Source: Selaginella moellendorffii (taxonomy: Eukaryota; Plantae; Lycopodiophyta). Taken from it: 64,000 nt of DNA. This document shows, piece after piece, positions 58,812 to 64,000 of the stretch (within the stretch, counting starts at the first letter, position 1; each line of letters opens with the position of its first letter). The stretch is from the NCBI RefSeq assembly GCF_000143415.4, contig NW_003314306.1:590897-654896 (forward strand). Reading direction: 5' to 3'. The notes below the pieces were generated by a model. It had not been told where the DNA came from. It saw only the letters and a list, made by a program, of their open reading frames with translations, and searched no databases. A program made the position numbers and the translations under genes.

Positions 58812-59783
58812 TTACGTCGCCCTGAGGTCTAGTATATCAAGCAAATGGTTTTCAATGTCTTTTGGAGAGCTCCAGAGATGGAGGTTGGCTTTGAAAATCT
58901 CACGATTGTTCTCTATGTGCTTTGCCAGGGGAAATCTATAGCCAGAAACGAGAAGGAAAGTTAAAGTATGAGCTGAGTTTTTCGATCAACTTACTCGACT
59001 CGAGCTAGAAGATGGTCATCTACTTTGAGCCGCAGAGAAGGGCAGATATCTCCTCGACCATCTCCAATGTAAACTACTCGATTTTCAGCTGGTTTGGAGC
59101 TGAGAATTCTATCGAGAATAAGACCCTGGAATTGAAAAAGAATTGGAAAACGAAGAAAGAACTTTGTATGTATTTAGGCCTACCTTGCACATATTTGGAG
59201 GACAAATCAAGCAACCATGAGGAACTTCGGAAGATTGATACGGCCGGACTCTAAGCAGGCCATGATCGTCAAGACTCGCGGGATTTGTGTGAATCTCGGA
59301 GAAGAATCGAGTGAGATTGAAGTTGTCGAGGATAGTTTGGATGAAAAGCGTGTTGGCATCGCTAATAATCTGAAGCTCGTATCTGCAAGACGTTGGATCT
59401 TAGAACTTATAGAGTGGATCAAGGCAAAGCTCTCGGAAGAACTAAGTTTATAAGAACGAATCTCACCCAGCTGCTGCTACTGCTCTGATGGCTCTCGACA
59501 TGGAGGAATCGAGCGGGATCGTTCGCAAGCTCGCTTCGATCTCGGCTAGAGTTCTTCCTCGAGACATGATCTCCACCATCATAGTATCCTGCCAAGAACA
59601 AGTGAGGAAGTTCTTGACAGGAGAGAAGAAAGAATTCATCGTTACCATTAGATCCGTCCAAGGGAGACTTCTTCGCAAAGAACGCATTAGATCCGAAGCG
59701 CCCATTTGCTCCACCACGAATGTATCACTGTTACAATTGATGAGGCTCCAGTCGAAATCAAACACCACAATGGAGCTCGCCAT
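58812..59783 (-). CDS. HAD-family phosphatase, PPsPase1/PECP1/PHOSPHO1-like (5 exons)
   Basis: VVFDFDWSLINCNSD motif I; IISDANTLFI; IHTNPA; CPPNMCKG; VYIGDGRGDICP; last exon FPLAKHI...LDLRAT* with stop at 58812-58814. Confidence 0.92.
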
Positions 59784-59877
59784 GGCCTCGAGAGAAGCTC
59801 TCGAGAACTAGTCTCCTTAGATTATTCGAAGAGAATCTTCCTTCCTTATATTTGGGTTTAGGGTTTTTTGGGCATCA

Positions 59878-62241
59878 ATGCTCGTTGCCGCCACTCCGGG
59901 ATCGTTCGCGCTCTCCCGATTGCTCGCCGCGAGGCTGCATTGCGCGCGATTCGCACGGCGCTGCTCGATGTGCGCGCTGCCGGACGCTGCCGCGAGGAAG
60001 CGGAAGAGGATGGATGTCGAAATTCGCGACACGGTGAAGCTGAGCGCCGAGGAGGAGAAGATCTTTGACAGGCTCCTGGCGGTCGAGCGGCATTTCGGCC
60101 TTGGAACGCAGCTGCGCGTCGCCGGCGGATGGGTTCGTGACAAGGTGAGAGATTCTAGTCTCAAACGAAGAAAATTGGTTTGATTCTCGTGTTCTTCCAG
60201 CTCCTAGGGAAGGATTGCTACGATATCGATATTGCGCTGGACAACATGCTTGGTCGCGATTTCTGCGAGAAGGTGAACGAGTATTTGAAGAGCATTGGCG
60301 AGGAGACGAAGAACGTGGGAGTGATACTGAGGTAAGCGTCTATAAGTTTTTCATGGAGACAACCTTTCCTGTCCTTTTGTTTCCCTCCCAGCAATCCTGA
60401 CCAGTCGAAGCATCTAGAGACTGCAAGAATGAAAATCGAAGATGTTTGGGTTGATTTCGTCAACCTTCGAGCAGAGACATATGCCGATGATAGCCGGATC
60501 CCTTCTACCATGGTAAGAATGCTGCTTTTCGAGTCCTTGTATCTTTTTCTTCTGGCTACAGGAATTTGGAACTCCAAAGCAGGACGCAGAGCGCAGGGAC
60601 CTGACGATAAACAGGTAAACTTCGTCCCAACTTACAGCAACCTGACTTCCAATTTGGCAGTCTGTTCTACAACATCAACACTGGGCACGTTGAGGATCAC
60701 ACCGATAGAGGCAAGTGTGTTTTTAGCTGCAAAATCGGAAACTCCATTTATTCCCACTCTCAGGTCTTCGGGACTTAAAGGTCGGCGTAATCGCAACACC
60801 GCTTGAGCCACACGTAACCTTTCTCGACGATCCGCTGCGTGTCCTGAGATCTGTTCGATTTGGTAAGAACGTTGTTTGATACTTCAATATTTATCACAGG
60901 AAGCAATTGTTTTTCCAGCTTCACGCTTTGGTTTTGAGCTTGAAGACGATCTTCGGGCCGCGGCTTCCACGGGTGAAGTGAGGGATGCTCTCGAAAGAAA
61001 GATAAGCAGAGAAAGAATAGGCCATGAGGTATAGCCTTGAATCTCCCTATGAAACATCTCTGATATCTTTCGTTCGATTGAATCAGGTCGAGCTTATGCT
61101 TTTAGGCAATGATCCGACTCAGGCGATGGAACTCCTGCTTGACTTGAAGCTCTTTCGATCTGTTTTTACCCCACCGGCACCGTTGTTAGTAGATGGATGG
61201 GAGAGGTAGACCGTTCAATGGTTTTGGTGTTGTGCTTATTGGTTTACAATCTCCAGGTTGTGTGTGCAGCACATTCACGCTGCATGGGACGTTCTTCAGC
61301 TCGTCAATGTTAACCTGACCGTAAGCTCGATTAATTTTAAAGTCACATATCTGACTAGCAGCTTAACTGGCAGGCAGAGCATAAGTTGAAGTTCTTGCTA
61401 GCTGCCCTCCTCTTTCCATTACAGGATTCAACATACGAAGGAAAGAAGCGGAAGAAGGCTAGCAGCTATGCTCAAATAAGTCGTTTTACTGACTGTTCCA
61501 GCTTTGCAGTTTCCAAGCACAAGCTTCATCATACGAGAGTCTCTGAAACTTAAGAATGCTGATGCGGACGGAGTAGGTTCTTCATGTATATCGATATTTG
61601 CTACTAACACATTGTTTCAGGTTGTGGACTTGCATCGATCCGCCAGAAAGTTTGACAGGCTCGAGGATGTTCTTCTGTCAGATGCTGCTGAAGCAATTAC
61701 CACTCATGCCGCCGCAGACACTCGGGAAGAAGTCCAAAGACTAGAAGCAGGTGACGCTTTTGCTTGGGTTTGTTCCTCATGCGCTGAGGATCGAATTTTT
61801 GTAGGATTGGAACTCATGGAAATCAAGGATTTGTGGCGGGCAGCGTTAGTACTCTCGTCACTCAACGACCTGCTAGAAAACCAAGCCTGGGATGCCCAAG
61901 AGAAAGCAAAGGTGTGCACTTCCGTCATGGACTTCATCTCGAAACAAGGTAAAGTGAACTTCATATGTAGTGAGCACGGTGCGACTGAAATATACAGGAT
62001 TGGACGAGTCATGGAACACGAAGCCTCTTCTGGATGGAAAGGAAATAATGGCGGAGTTCCAGCTCAAGGGAGGCCCTGCCGTGAAGGACCTGGTAAGTGG
62101 ATAGATTATTATGGTTTCCACTCATCTCTTCGACCAATGCAGAAGGACTTGTCAATCCAGTGGCAGCTCGCACACCCGACTGGAACAGCGGGAGAGTGTA
62201 GAGAGTGGCTCAAACTAGAACACGCGAAGGGAAACAAGTAA
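59878..62241 (+). CDS. tRNA nucleotidyltransferase (CCA-adding enzyme), multi-exon
   Basis: LRVAGGWVRDKLLG..DIDIALD, NPDQSKHLETA, DFVNLRAETY, DAERRDLTINSLFYN, FLDDPLRVLR, KISRERIGHE, KPLLDGKEIM. Confidence 0.95.
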
Positions 62242-62358
62242 TCTGCGCGATTCACCATCCAAGTGAGTGAAATTTTTTCCCAGTTTCGTGCTCAAGTTCT
62301 TTCCATTTCCCAGATTTTTGCAAAGAATACAACCATTGCTAGCTACCAAAGATTTAAA

Positions 62359-63393
62359 TCAAGCCAGCGTCTCGTGAATAAACTGCGCGATATCACTCAA
62401 GCACTGGCGCGACGATTTGAGGCGATAGAAGATGTGGAAGACATGAACTCCACGCTTATACAAGAGAACCTTGACCTTCTTCCCGGCGGCGGCCATCCCT
62501 TGCGCGTAGCTCATCTGTGCGTCCTTGAGGAGATCATACTCGCCAACCAAAACCAAGCTTGGCGGGAGAGAAAGCGCCGTAATGTCCATCGATCGTGGGC
62601 CGAACACGTTGCAAATCGGGTGGTCGCGATCTTCCCCGTCGGGAAGATAGGCCCGCCAATACCAGTCGGTCATCTCCAGGTTGATTATGGGCCCATTCCG
62701 GAGGAGAATCTCCGAGGGGCTCCTCTCTTGGCTGCCAAAGAAGGGCTGGATGAGAATGCTACCTCTCACGCGCAGTGGATCCAGTAGGGCTTGCTCCTCG
62801 GCGATGGCGGCGCGGCACGCGACGAAGTGGGCGATGTTGCCGCCGGCCGAATCGCCGCTGAGGAAGCAGCGCGAGAGATCGGCCGAGGCTGGGAGGGCGT
62901 CCCTGGCTTCCTTGGATCGCAGCCATTTGAGGAAGTGGAAGCAAGAATCGTGCACGGCGGGGTAGCGATGCTCGGGCGCCAGCGGGTAATTCACCGAGAC
63001 GACGATGCAGCGCGCGATCTTGGCGAGGCGGCGGCAGAAGATGTCGTAGAGGAGGAAATCCGGGCGGAGGACCGCGAATCCGCCGCCGTGGTAGTAGATC
63101 ACGACGGGCAGCGACGCGGAGGAGCTAGGGCTCTTGGCGGCGTCGTCGGGGATGAAGAGCCTGGCCCAGCAAGAATCGCCCAGCGATGGCGCCGCGATGT
63201 CCCTGGTGGAGACGCCGTAGATGGGGATGGAGAGGGCGGGGAAGCGAATCTCCTCGATGCTGCCCAGCCAGCGGCGGATGGTGTAGTCGCTCCGGCGGAT
63301 GAGCGCGTTGGCAGTCTTGATGAGGCCGGAGAGCAGGCGAAGCGAGAGCGGCAGGCGCGCGCCACCGCCGCCATCGCAGAGCGGCGCCGCCAT
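62359..63393 (-). CDS. Alpha/beta-hydrolase carboxylesterase (CXE, GID1-like family)
   Basis: YYHGGGF, GDSAGGNIA, YDLLKD and GVHVF; Ser-Asp-His triad intact; intronless; ATG at 63393. Confidence 0.95.
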   Translation of the reverse strand: MAAPLCDGGGGARLPLSLRLLSGLIKTANALIRRSDYTIRRWLGSIEEIRFPALSIPIYGVSTRDIAAPSLGDSCWARLFIPDDAAKSPSSSASLPVVIYYHGGGFAVLRPDFLLYDIFCRRLAKIARCIVVSVNYPLAPEHRYPAVHDSCFHFLKWLRSKEARDALPASADLSRCFLSGDSAGGNIAHFVACRAAIAEEQALLDPLRVRGSILIQPFFGSQERSPSEILLRNGPIINLEMTDWYWRAYLPDGEDRDHPICNVFGPRSMDITALSLPPSLVLVGEYDLLKDAQMSYAQGMAAAGKKVKVLLYKRGVHVFHIFYRLKSSRQCLSDIAQFIHETLA

Positions 63394-63507
63394 AGCCAAG
63401 AGCTTCCAAGAGCTTCCAAAACTCGCGAGTCACGAACAAGGAAAAGGCCAAGAAGTAATGGACCTGGGCGGGATCATGGCAGTCGATTATTGCAAATTTT
63501 CGGCCAC

Positions 63508-64000
63508 TTATCCGCGAGACTTGCCCGAAATGGAGATTAATTTTTCGCGTGTTCTTCGCTGGGGATTCTTCCATTCTCGCGGTGTTCTTTGCGAGTGTTC
63601 TTCGCGGGGGATTCTTTGCGAGTATACGTTCGCGACCAAGACGTAGGCGCGGGGGTCTCGCCCAAGAACGCGATTTGCCGCCGCGACAACGCTGCCAAGA
63701 TCGTCCTGGCTCCGGCACGCCGCCAGAAAGCACGACCACTCCCACAGATCGGGCGCAAAGGGCATTGCTTTGATGAGATCCCTGGCGCTGGCCAGATGCC
63801 CCGCGCGGCAGAGGAGATCCACGACGCAGCAGTAGTGCTGCTTGGTGGGCGTGATCGCGAAATCGGTGGCGATGGAGCGGAATCGCGCGCCGCCCACCTC
63901 GGGATCGCCCAGATGCCCGCAAGCGATGAGCAGCGATGCGAGCGAGGTCTCGTCCGGGGGGAGGGATTCGAGGTTTAGATCGAAGAAGAGGGCGAGGACG
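63508..64000 (-). CDS. 3' end of a PPR-E gene or pseudogene (partial, runs off the window)
   Basis: HYCCVVDLLCRAGHLASARDLIKAMPFAPDLWEWSCFLAAC..AYVLVANVYS. Confidence 0.8.
   Translation of the reverse strand, partial: VLALFFDLNLESLPPDETSLASLLIACGHLGDPEVGGARFRSIATDFAITPTKQHYCCVVDLLCRAGHLASARDLIKAMPFAPDLWEWSCFLAACRSQDDLGSVVAAANRVLGRDPRAYVLVANVYSQRIPREEHSQRTPREWKNPQRRTREKLISISGKSRG

Noticed and set aside
62359-63393. Possible gibberellin receptor GID1
   Set aside because: The catalytic His (GVHVF) is retained and the GID1 N-terminal lid signature is not evident, so it is called a CXE.
62791-63922. Several long overlapping ORFs around the CXE gene
   Set aside because: GC-rich shadow frames of CXE and the PPR tail.

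Overview
Gene-dense land-plant nuclear DNA with very short introns (about 50-70 nt), close head-to-head gene pairs and many 31-aa-repeat PLS-class PPR genes. This profile fits a lycophyte such as Selaginella (inferred from sequence style, not verified). From left to right: a decayed AT-rich Ty3/gypsy element; a triplicated unknown pseudogene whose copies form a ~1.4-kb inverted repeat; a frameshifted F-box gene; farnesyltransferase beta (ERA1-like); a Lys-rich GPI-anchored arabinogalactan protein; a second decayed gypsy copy carrying a nested, structurally complete 5-kb gypsy element (174-bp LTRs, 4-bp TSD); mitochondrial uL30; NFS1; a TPR gene; a TRM/LONGIFOLIA-like gene; a GT47 exostosin; four PPR loci (one PPR-DYW); two MITE copies; an mRNA cap-methyltransferase relic; HMGB; an AT-rich bulb-type lectin gene with an unassigned N-terminal domain; Erv1; a PPsPase/PECP-like phosphatase; the CCA-adding enzyme; and a CXE carboxylesterase. 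The most notable signals are a slippery heptamer plus predicted pseudoknot for gag-pol -1 frameshifting in the young retroelement, the long hairpin-capable inverted duplication, the lectin gene lying between duplicated Erv1 5' ends, and two convergent genes whose stop codons are 2 bp apart. All exon boundaries and alignments were made by eye.
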